The translations under genes and the position numbers were made by a program. A DNA stretch of 42,526 nt, taken from a virus. A model generated the notes under the pieces. The model searched no databases. It saw only the letters and a program-made list of their open reading frames with translations, and was not told where the DNA came from. Location of the stretch: the UHGV virus genome UHGV-0239872. One strand, 5' to 3'. This document shows positions 6,371-14,606 of this stretch, one piece after another (positions within the stretch are counted from its first letter, which is position 1; every line of letters begins with the position of its first letter).

Positions 6371-7051
6371 TTAAGAGAGTGTAATGCCAGTGATTGCACC
6401 AGCGGAAACAGCGAAGGTCACGGTGTCGGTGTACGTGCCAGTGACCGGGATGGTCAGTGCATCACCGTTATCCACCATGGCCACAGTAGCGGCGAGGTTG
6501 AAGCCAGTGAGAGCACCGTTGCTTGCCACGACAGCAGTGGCGTTATGGCCGTCAGCACCAGCAGAGTTACGGACGGAGTAAGCCGAACCGTTAAGCACTG
6601 CATCGGCGTTAGCCGGGAGCCGCACGTTACTCAGCAGACCATCAGCTACACGGGCGGTAGCAGTGGTGATACCGAGGATAGAGCCGTCGAAGCGACGAAT
6701 CTCAGTTGAGTCAGTGTGGTCTACCAGCGCTGCGGTAGACAGGACGAGCTGCACGTTATCCAGCGTGGTGCCAGTAACGTTGGCAGTGGCGTTGTGCGCG
6801 TCGTTACCTGCGGAGTTAACCATGGAAACAGTAGCGCCGTCAGCCAGCAGAGCGGAACCTTCCGGTGTACCCGCGTAGCCAGCAGCCTCAAGTGCCGCCA
6901 CCAGATTTGTGATGGCAGTTTCAATGTCAGCAGCCTGAGCTGCCGTCACTGTACGGGTATCATTGCTGAAGCGTTGAGTCACGTTAGCTGCGATGCCGCA
7001 GCGATAACCAAGCTCGTAACGCTGAGCATCAGTGATGGTGATAATGGACAT
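6371..7051 (-). CDS. hypothetical Ala/Thr/Asn-rich protein with internal repeat (226 aa), immediately after large terminase
   Basis: ATG overlaps the TerL stop (ATGA-type junction); repeat NSAGNDAHNATANVTG / NSAGADGHNATAVVAS. Confidence 0.45.
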   Translation of the reverse strand: MSIITITDAQRYELGYRCGIAANVTQRFSNDTRTVTAAQAADIETAITNLVAALEAAGYAGTPEGSALLADGATVSMVNSAGNDAHNATANVTGTTLDNVQLVLSTAALVDHTDSTEIRRFDGSILGITTATARVADGLLSNVRLPANADAVLNGSAYSVRNSAGADGHNATAVVASNGALTGFNLAATVAMVDNGDALTIPVTGTYTDTVTFAVSAGAITGITLS

Positions 7052-8811
7052 TATTTGATTCTCCGTCGCGTGCCGCGCACAGGTTTATGGCTGCGCCACT
7101 TCGAGTCATCGTAACCCATTGGGTTGGCAAGGAACTCTCGTGCAGCAGCAGTCTCACGTTTGGCGGCTTCTTCATGTTCGTCCTGCTGTAGCACCTCAGC
7201 GTGCAGGTACACGGCAGCAGACAGGGTTTCGATGCGGTCATCATGGGGGATGGATTGACGGTCTTGTGTCAGGTTCTGGAGCTGCCAGAATAGGCTGAAC
7301 TCACGACCACCGTTATTCATACCCCGGCACAGCCGCAGGTCTTCTTCAACAACGCACCAATGTACAACGACACGGTGACGCTGCATGATTGGGCCGAGGC
7401 GGTTGATGATACGCACCTCTTTCTGACCGGACGAATACACGCCCTCGCAGCCAATGGTCAAGCTCTGCCGCTTAATCTCACCTCGGTACATGTTGGTCAC
7501 GGTGCCGTGGCCCATGTTATCCTCAATGACCAGCCGTTTAACCCCGGTTTCAGCGAGCCACTCTACCGCCGCCTTGATGTTTTCCTCCGTCTGGCCGCCG
7601 TGGTAGACGTGCATACCGATGACGTGGATAAACGGGCCGACAGAAGCGGTGGCAATGATAACTGATTCGTCCGACCCACCACCAGCAGGGTCAAGAAACG
7701 CCGAGGTATTTTCGAATGGTACATAAGTGTCCGAGAAATCAGCAGCCAAGAATAGCTGAGCACGAGCCAGTGGGAAATCCAGTGGCAGCTCGGCGGCATG
7801 GCGCGGGTGGTTCGACCAATGCAGAACCTCCGGCGCAGACTGCGTTGAGCCGTGGAAGAAGATTAAGTCTTTGAGATGTAACGTTTGTTTGAGCGCATCC
7901 GACAGCGACGTATCCAGCATGAACTGCAACTGGAAGCCTGCCTGCTGGTAGTCTCGTTCGTTCTGCAACTGCTTTTCTTCGGAGTAGCGTTGCGGGTCGG
8001 TCTGCGCACCACGGTTCCCAAGGATACCGTAGCCAGTGCGTAGCTCAGGGTGGCCTTCCATCTTCTGCTTAATCCACGGGGCCAGACAGCCGCCGTAGCG
8101 TTCTTCTTCCTCAACCGTTGGGAAACGACCGGGCCAGATGCGAACGTCGAAGCCACGCTGCGGGAGCGTGTTGTAGATGGAGTCCTGCGTCTGCGGTGTG
8201 CCGAGGTACAGAATCTCTGCACCATCGTTGGCGATAGCCGCAAACTCTTTGGTCAGGGTGTTGATACGGGCGCGGTTGGCAGGAGAGCTACCGTTACTGG
8301 TAGTCTCCACGTCATCGGCAATCAACAGCGATACGTGGTTCCCCTGCAACTGGCCGAAGATACCGACCGCTTTTACAGAGGGCTGTTTGTCAGGGATACG
8401 GAATGCGTGATGCACGTCGAAGCCGTCCGTATAGGACGTACGTGCGCCAGCGCGAGTCTCAGGGCGCAGCCATTCCAGACGCTCCCATTGCATAATGGCA
8501 GACACGATGGCGTGCGACAGCGTACCCGCATAGTCGTCCGAACCAGATACCAGCAACACAGTGGCGTTCGGCATCTGGACGAACTCGTACAGGGCGCGAG
8601 CAATACCGATGGTGGACTTTGCCTCACCGCGCTGAGCCATGACGCACTTGTTCTTGAGCGTCCGGTCGGCCATGTAGCGGCCAATGTCGAGCTGCATTTC
8701 AGTGAGGTCAAAGCCCAGCCATGCGAAGTAGTCATGCAGGAACAGCGGGAAGTTGTTCTCGTAGTGAGCGCGAACGATTCCTGCCATCACCATGCGGCGT
8801 TGTAAATCCAT
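7051..8811 (-). CDS. terminase large subunit (T7 gp19-like, 586 aa)
   Basis: PSVKAVGIFGQLQGNHVSLLIADDVE, YLGTPQT and AGFQLQFMLDTSLSD align with T7 gp19 motifs; same length as T7 gp19. Confidence 0.93.
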   Translation of the reverse strand: MDLQRRMVMAGIVRAHYENNFPLFLHDYFAWLGFDLTEMQLDIGRYMADRTLKNKCVMAQRGEAKSTIGIARALYEFVQMPNATVLLVSGSDDYAGTLSHAIVSAIMQWERLEWLRPETRAGARTSYTDGFDVHHAFRIPDKQPSVKAVGIFGQLQGNHVSLLIADDVETTSNGSSPANRARINTLTKEFAAIANDGAEILYLGTPQTQDSIYNTLPQRGFDVRIWPGRFPTVEEEERYGGCLAPWIKQKMEGHPELRTGYGILGNRGAQTDPQRYSEEKQLQNERDYQQAGFQLQFMLDTSLSDALKQTLHLKDLIFFHGSTQSAPEVLHWSNHPRHAAELPLDFPLARAQLFLAADFSDTYVPFENTSAFLDPAGGGSDESVIIATASVGPFIHVIGMHVYHGGQTEENIKAAVEWLAETGVKRLVIEDNMGHGTVTNMYRGEIKRQSLTIGCEGVYSSGQKEVRIINRLGPIMQRHRVVVHWCVVEEDLRLCRGMNNGGREFSLFWQLQNLTQDRQSIPHDDRIETLSAAVYLHAEVLQQDEHEEAAKRETAAAREFLANPMGYDDSKWRSHKPVRGTRRRIK

Positions 8812-9116
8812 TAGTGCATCATCCCGCTATCTTCTGCGATTGAGTTGATGGCAGCAGACATGATATCTTTACGACCTGCTTCCGTTTTCTCGTTGTTGAG
8901 CTGCTCTTGCAGCGCGAGTAAATCGTCGGCGTGGTCTTTATCAGCCTGAATACCGTTATCTTTCAGGAACTGGCGAAGTACGGACAGCTCAGCCGCCGCC
9001 ATAGGTTCAATGATATTACCGTGTTCATCTTTCCTACGAGCGTCGGCCAAGCGGTCGGACAGATACTCCACCAGCATCCGGTGCAGCCCGTCGAGCTGCT
9101 TATTCACGGATGCCAT
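8811..9116 (-). CDS. terminase small subunit (T7 gp18-like position, 101 aa)
   Basis: position immediately upstream of TerL; helical, charged; no motif check possible. Confidence 0.5.
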   Translation of the reverse strand: MASVNKQLDGLHRMLVEYLSDRLADARRKDEHGNIIEPMAAAELSVLRQFLKDNGIQADKDHADDLLALQEQLNNEKTEAGRKDIMSAAINSIAEDSGMMH

Positions 9117-9126
9117 GTGGTTCTCC

Positions 9127-11499
9127 TTAAACGTAAGCTACCGGATACGTGGCGGCGAGCTGCGTTCCCGCAGGGATAGCCGTCACAATGGCAGGGGTAA
9201 TGTCGATGCGTACTGGGTTTCCGATGTTGTTATCCACCTGATACGGAGCACGCACCACCGTCACAGTGAGTGTACTGCCTCCCGGCCCGGCACCCGGAAC
9301 ATTGAGTCGAGTACCAGCGGAGATTGGCTTATGGTACAGCCACGAGGTGGATGCCTGAGTACCAGCCGGAGTCAGGTTCTGCTCCAGATACGTCTGGCCA
9401 GCGGCGGCAGCACGCACCTTGAAGTTGTTACCGTCATCCGGGATGTAGGCACCGAACTGGGTGACGATGAACTGGCCACCTGAGCCGTCAGTCTTGAGCA
9501 GCACAGTACCTTCGCAGAACTCTTTCCCGGTAGGGAACTCAGCACCCGTCAGTGTTGCGAGGTTGTTCGGCAAGGTGTACATGCGGTTGACCGGAGACAG
9601 GATAACGCCAACGTTACCTTGGATGTTGGTGTACGGGATAGCACGCACGTTGGAGTTCAGCATACTGATATCCGAGTAGCGAGCCTTACTGTACAGAGCA
9701 CCCTCAGTCATGCCCGGCCCATAGAAGTTCACGTTCACCATATTGAGAACAGTCTTCTTACGCGGGTATAGACCGTTGGAGGACGTACCGCCGCTGGAGT
9801 CATCGCCCACAGCGTCGAACTCCACACCAGTTACGTTGGTCATGTTCAGCAGGGTTGCCACACCGAACAGCGTCATCTTGTAACAGTGGATATTTTCAAG
9901 GTGATACGTGTTGGTGTTGTCATCGTCGGAACCGACACCAGCGTAGAATCGCCCGGTGCGGGTCTGCACGTTACGCACAGTCATGTCAAACGATGGGCAA
10001 GCTGCGCCCGGCGTACCGCCAGCACCTGCTTGGTTCGCACCCCACTCCAGCATCACGACACGAATGTCGCCCGGCGCGGTAGACCCAGTGTTCAGAGGTT
10101 CACCTACCACACCATCAATGGTCATTCGCTTGCAGCCGTACGTGATTACGCCAGCGGCACTCAGACCAGTACCAATAGACACTGACAGGTCAGGGTTAGC
10201 CACTACGTTCTCGCAGGTGCTGTCACGCGTAACCTCGAAGTGGACGACCTGACGCACGCCACGCGGAGCATGGACGTTACGGACAGTGACGTTCTTCGCA
10301 TACTGCGTCTCAGCAGCATCCCAACCGAACGGGCCTTGACCAGCAATACCGATGCCAATACCCCAGTTGGACAGTGGAATAGGCGCGTTGGTGCCATCGA
10401 TATTCTCAAGGAAGATGTTCTCAATCAGCAGGCCACCATCATAGTGCTTGTTGATTACGTTCATCTCAATGCCATCACCCTGCATATCCATCATGGTGAT
10501 GCCACGGATAACGCCGTTGGTGATAGCCTCGCCAGTACCCTGCTGGAGAATACCGAACTTGCCATTGCGGTGAATACCGTTCTCAATGACGTAGCTGCCA
10601 CCTTGGATGTTGCCTTGGAACAGGATAGACGTAACCTTGGAGTTGCTCGGCGCACTGGTGAACTCATAGTCAGCAATGCGTACCTTACCACCCCAGTAAG
10701 CCACACGAACAGTGGAGGCCACGAAGTTGCGGAAGGTGGAGTTCAGCAGGCGAATGTCAGCCTTGCCGTGCCACTTACCGCCGACGACCTCAATACCATC
10801 CATCAGCACAGTGGAATCCACCGTACCTTCCCAACCGCGAGCATCAACGACCTTGCCGTTGGCTTTCGCATAGTCGAAGCAAGCCTGTACCGCAGCGGCA
10901 GTAGAGGCGTACCCTGTGTTGTTGGTGAACTCGGACAGGCAGACGGTATCCTGACGGTCGAGGAACGTGCCCCCGCCGAGAGTACCAATCCACTTACCGC
11001 CGTCAGCCATTGCCAGAGCAATAGCCAGTGCAGAGTCCGGGATATCGACCAGAGGAATCATGAACGGCTGACCGTTGCTGTCAAAGCCCAGTGCCTTGTT
11101 GCGGCGGCCAGCGACGTTCGGTAGTGCGTTGATAGAGACCTCGGAGTTTGGAACACGGACGGCGCGGTCAAGCGGCGCGAGCCATGCTTCCTGAGTTTCC
11201 TCAGCCTTAAACAGAATCTGCTCGAAGTTCTCGTCGAGGTTGCTGCCCGTGAAGGCAGCGTCCTGACCGAACTTATTAAGCAGAACCTCAGAGGTGTAGC
11301 GTTGGAGTCGGACAATCACCCCGGCGAGCGGGGCGGTGTCGAAGATAATCTGTTTGGTCACAGAGTTATAGGTGTACCCTTCCGTTTGAAGTTCGGAGTT
11401 GAGGTACACCTGAATCTCAGTGAACACGCGCTGCTCGAACGTGACGAGGAATGCGGTCTGTGAACCGTTCGCCACGTAAGCATTATAGCTGTTCGCCAT
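9127..11499 (-). CDS. tail fibre / tailspike: T7 gp17-like N-terminal adaptor domain plus right-handed beta-helix (pectate-lyase-like) depolymerase domain (790 aa)
   Basis: N-terminus MANSYNAYVANGSQTAFLVTFE... resembles the T7 gp17 N-terminus; central NGV/IxN-rich repeats typical of beta-helix glycosidases. Confidence 0.75.
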   Translation of the reverse strand: MANSYNAYVANGSQTAFLVTFEQRVFTEIQVYLNSELQTEGYTYNSVTKQIIFDTAPLAGVIVRLQRYTSEVLLNKFGQDAAFTGSNLDENFEQILFKAEETQEAWLAPLDRAVRVPNSEVSINALPNVAGRRNKALGFDSNGQPFMIPLVDIPDSALAIALAMADGGKWIGTLGGGTFLDRQDTVCLSEFTNNTGYASTAAAVQACFDYAKANGKVVDARGWEGTVDSTVLMDGIEVVGGKWHGKADIRLLNSTFRNFVASTVRVAYWGGKVRIADYEFTSAPSNSKVTSILFQGNIQGGSYVIENGIHRNGKFGILQQGTGEAITNGVIRGITMMDMQGDGIEMNVINKHYDGGLLIENIFLENIDGTNAPIPLSNWGIGIGIAGQGPFGWDAAETQYAKNVTVRNVHAPRGVRQVVHFEVTRDSTCENVVANPDLSVSIGTGLSAAGVITYGCKRMTIDGVVGEPLNTGSTAPGDIRVVMLEWGANQAGAGGTPGAACPSFDMTVRNVQTRTGRFYAGVGSDDDNTNTYHLENIHCYKMTLFGVATLLNMTNVTGVEFDAVGDDSSGGTSSNGLYPRKKTVLNMVNVNFYGPGMTEGALYSKARYSDISMLNSNVRAIPYTNIQGNVGVILSPVNRMYTLPNNLATLTGAEFPTGKEFCEGTVLLKTDGSGGQFIVTQFGAYIPDDGNNFKVRAAAAGQTYLEQNLTPAGTQASTSWLYHKPISAGTRLNVPGAGPGGSTLTVTVVRAPYQVDNNIGNPVRIDITPAIVTAIPAGTQLAATYPVAYV

Positions 11500-14400
11500 T
11501 ATTCACCCTTAACTGCTTCGTTGAGTGCTCGGACACCCGGCACAATGGAGATTAGTGGGAGAGCCTGAATGATGTTCCCGGCAGCCTTGCGAGCGTTATG
11601 CCCGGCTTGGTCGATATCCCCAGTAGCCAGACTCCCTGCCGTAGCAGAGGTGGCACCAGCAACACCGTACAGGCGGTCGAGGAACAACAGGCCCGGCGCA
11701 CCAAAGCTGCGCTGCTGCCCGGTCAAGATTCCAGTGAACTCAGAGGCAAAGCCGATAGCACCAAGATAGTTCAGTGCCTGACCAGCCAGTTTGTTCGGAG
11801 CCATGGTATCCGGGTCGGAGAATGCCTTACCGGAAATCACGTTGTTGGCAGCAGTGGCCATCATCGCCAGCGGATACTGGTACGCCATCAGCGTCGCCAT
11901 ACCACGGGCACCCTCACGATTCCAAGTACCAACCAGAGTCTTGTTGTGCGTAGCCGCGACGAATCGACGGAACGTAAACAGGAACTTACCCAGCGTACTG
12001 AACTCAGCAAATGCAGGCAGCTCACCTACGCGAGCGCGAACAATAGCGTCATCCATGGCATTCATCATGACAATGCGAGAGCGATTGAACACCCCTTCAT
12101 CCCAAGCGTCAGGCTTGGTGCCATGAGTACCAACCTGCTTGCGAATGTCAGCCAGCAGCGCGTCATTGGCACCGTAGGTTTTCATGGCTGCAATAGCCTT
12201 GGCATCACCTTCGGCTGCCTTGCGCAGCGTCTGCATCACGAGCGCAGCGTTGGTTCGAGTCTGGTGGAAGTGGATGTATTTCTGCATGTTGATGAACATC
12301 GTGGCATCGCGCAGGTGTTCCATACGCATGACCCACGGAGACTTATCCGCAGAGAACATGTCGTCATAGTGCTGCATGATTGGGCGCATACGAATATCAC
12401 TCGCTACAGCCGCAGTCAGCGCTTCTTCGGCATCCAGAGCCAATTGACGACCTTCCTTAGTAGTTACCCTCATTTGCTTAAATAATGCGCGTGCTTCGGG
12501 AATTGTACGCATCATGGCGCGAAACGTATTGACTGCCCCGAAACGTTGCATCATCGTGCCGTATTCTACCAACTGCCACAGGCCAGATGCAGCCAGACCA
12601 GTCGCCTGAGTCAGTGCCGAAAGCTGGCGCATGAACTCCGGCATTTCCTCACCAACAGGAGCACCTTGGTAGTAAGCCATGATGTTGTCGTACTGGTCGA
12701 GAGCCTTGCGGCGTGCTGTGCTATCCGGGATGGATTTGGCCAGAGCCTCGCGAGCGGCGGCGCGTTCAGCGTCAGTACCCAGTCCAGCTTCATGCAGAGC
12801 CAGTCGCCCGGTAATGCGGCGGTTATAGCTGTCCATCATACTGGTGATGCTGTCGTCGAACAGGTCACGCACCTGCAAGTTAGGGCCAAGCGTGTGCATC
12901 ATGTCGATGTTGATACGGCTCTTAAGCATCGACGGTCGGCCAGCGTCCGAGCCAGACTCACGAAGGAGTGCGGAAGCACGGGCCTTGGCAGCCTCGTCGA
13001 GACCTTTCGAGTTCTCAATGATTTCGAGCAATTCATCGCGACCTTCCTTGTTGATAATCATACCGGAGTTGTCGATACCGTAACCCTTACGACGAGCACG
13101 CTCAACCATGGCATGGGCAATGACGTTGGCAGTCGGACGGTCAGTACCGATACCGCGCTGCACAGCAGTCGTCATCTGCTTCATGAATGGCTTCTTGCCG
13201 AGCAACTGCTCAGCCTGCTCAATCTTGGTCACGTTCATCCGGCGCGGGTAGTAGTACGGGTTCTTGTCTACGAATCCCGGTTCCACCATACCCTTCGCCT
13301 CCAGCTCGCGGCCCACGGCGCGGGAGTATTCCCCCAGTCGGTCGGCGGCAGCGGCCACGTTAGCGTTGGCACCTCGGAACTCTTTGTCAATCATGCGCTT
13401 GTCCAGCTCGAAACGGACAGCAGCTTCGAACTCCTGCTGCGCCCGGCGATAGCCCACTGGGTCACGGAAGCGCCGGATGTTAGTCCAGCCATCAGTATTC
13501 AGTGCGTTACGCAGGGTGTCCTCGTACTGGTTCAGCAGCACACCAAACCGAGCCTGAGTCTCTCGCTGGATAGATGCAGCGGAAGTCATGTTCGGATTCA
13601 GTGGGTCATCCAGCAGTCGCCCGGCGAGAGCACTGGCTTCGTCGGAATGCTGACTGAACGACTTGAACAGAGACCATTCAAGGAACGGACGCTTAGGGTT
13701 GGTCTGCTCACCGCGACGGGCGAGGTCAAGGCCGCGCTGTGCAGTGGCCCGGATGGATTCCGGCACCTCGTCAACCACAGTCGCGCCACGACCACCAAAG
13801 CCCAATGACATGGCCAACGGCGACATAGCATTGTTCGGGTCGAACTGCGGCGGGTTGTTCGGGTCGATGCCGTTACGACGCTGCATCTCTGCTGCAAATT
13901 CCTCTGGCGACAAGTCGGCCAGCGAGCGCTGTACCGGGGCCGGGCGATAGAATGCAGTGGTGGCCGCCCCGTGCAGGGCAGCCGCGAAGATGATTTCGTT
14001 CTGAGACACTGGGCGTGCTTCGTTACCCACCGCTGTCATAGTGGCAGCAGTTGAAGCTGCACCGACAGCGGCGGTTCCGAGGCGACCTAATTTCAGGGCA
14101 GTGCCTGCTCCCATCGAGAGCAGGTCAGTGGCAAGGTACAGCGGGTCAGCGAATTGCAGAACCGCGTTCATCACCGGGGCAGTGTGAGCCAACTGGGTAC
14201 GCTCGCGCATCTCTTGAAGCTGCTGCGTACGCCAGTTGAACTCGTCCATGGATTTGGATTTAAACAGGAAGGTTCTGTCGTCTTCGCCTACCGGGAACTG
14301 CACGTTCTGCAAAGCCTCATTGGGCTTGAAGTCCGGGTCAGCTTGGAAGGTAGGCTTGTTGAAGGCGGCATCAAAGAGCTGGGTGGTATCCCAGTTCTTC

Positions 14401-14606
14401 ACAGAAGCGCTCAACGCCGTGGCCATCGGAGTCGCTTCCAGTTCCTGCATCTTGTCGAACTGCTCGACGGCACCCTGACGAGTGGCATCTTGCAGTGGAG
14501 TGCTGAGGTCAGCAGTCTTTACGGGAGCTGGAATCACCAGCGTAGGGGCGTTGGCCCCCTGCTTGGGAGCCATGAACTTGTCGAGCGATTCTTGTGTGAT
14601 AATCAT
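11499..14606 (-). CDS. internal virion / ejection protein, largest (gp16-like position, 1035 aa)
   Basis: size and position between the gp15-like protein and the tail fibre in the T7-like structural order. Confidence 0.65.
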   Translation of the reverse strand: MIITQESLDKFMAPKQGANAPTLVIPAPVKTADLSTPLQDATRQGAVEQFDKMQELEATPMATALSASVKNWDTTQLFDAAFNKPTFQADPDFKPNEALQNVQFPVGEDDRTFLFKSKSMDEFNWRTQQLQEMRERTQLAHTAPVMNAVLQFADPLYLATDLLSMGAGTALKLGRLGTAAVGAASTAATMTAVGNEARPVSQNEIIFAAALHGAATTAFYRPAPVQRSLADLSPEEFAAEMQRRNGIDPNNPPQFDPNNAMSPLAMSLGFGGRGATVVDEVPESIRATAQRGLDLARRGEQTNPKRPFLEWSLFKSFSQHSDEASALAGRLLDDPLNPNMTSAASIQRETQARFGVLLNQYEDTLRNALNTDGWTNIRRFRDPVGYRRAQQEFEAAVRFELDKRMIDKEFRGANANVAAAADRLGEYSRAVGRELEAKGMVEPGFVDKNPYYYPRRMNVTKIEQAEQLLGKKPFMKQMTTAVQRGIGTDRPTANVIAHAMVERARRKGYGIDNSGMIINKEGRDELLEIIENSKGLDEAAKARASALLRESGSDAGRPSMLKSRINIDMMHTLGPNLQVRDLFDDSITSMMDSYNRRITGRLALHEAGLGTDAERAAAREALAKSIPDSTARRKALDQYDNIMAYYQGAPVGEEMPEFMRQLSALTQATGLAASGLWQLVEYGTMMQRFGAVNTFRAMMRTIPEARALFKQMRVTTKEGRQLALDAEEALTAAVASDIRMRPIMQHYDDMFSADKSPWVMRMEHLRDATMFINMQKYIHFHQTRTNAALVMQTLRKAAEGDAKAIAAMKTYGANDALLADIRKQVGTHGTKPDAWDEGVFNRSRIVMMNAMDDAIVRARVGELPAFAEFSTLGKFLFTFRRFVAATHNKTLVGTWNREGARGMATLMAYQYPLAMMATAANNVISGKAFSDPDTMAPNKLAGQALNYLGAIGFASEFTGILTGQQRSFGAPGLLFLDRLYGVAGATSATAGSLATGDIDQAGHNARKAAGNIIQALPLISIVPGVRALNEAVKGE

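Noticed and set aside
12546-13808. 420-aa plus-strand ORF. Similar long plus-strand ORFs occur at 8050..8805, 16256..17245, 21054..22115 and 22121..23185.
   Set aside because: Each lies entirely antisense to a well-supported minus-strand structural gene (internal virion protein, TerL, capsid, scaffold). The products are low-complexity and rich in R/L/V with no RBS, which is the typical antisense ORF artefact of GC-rich coding DNA.
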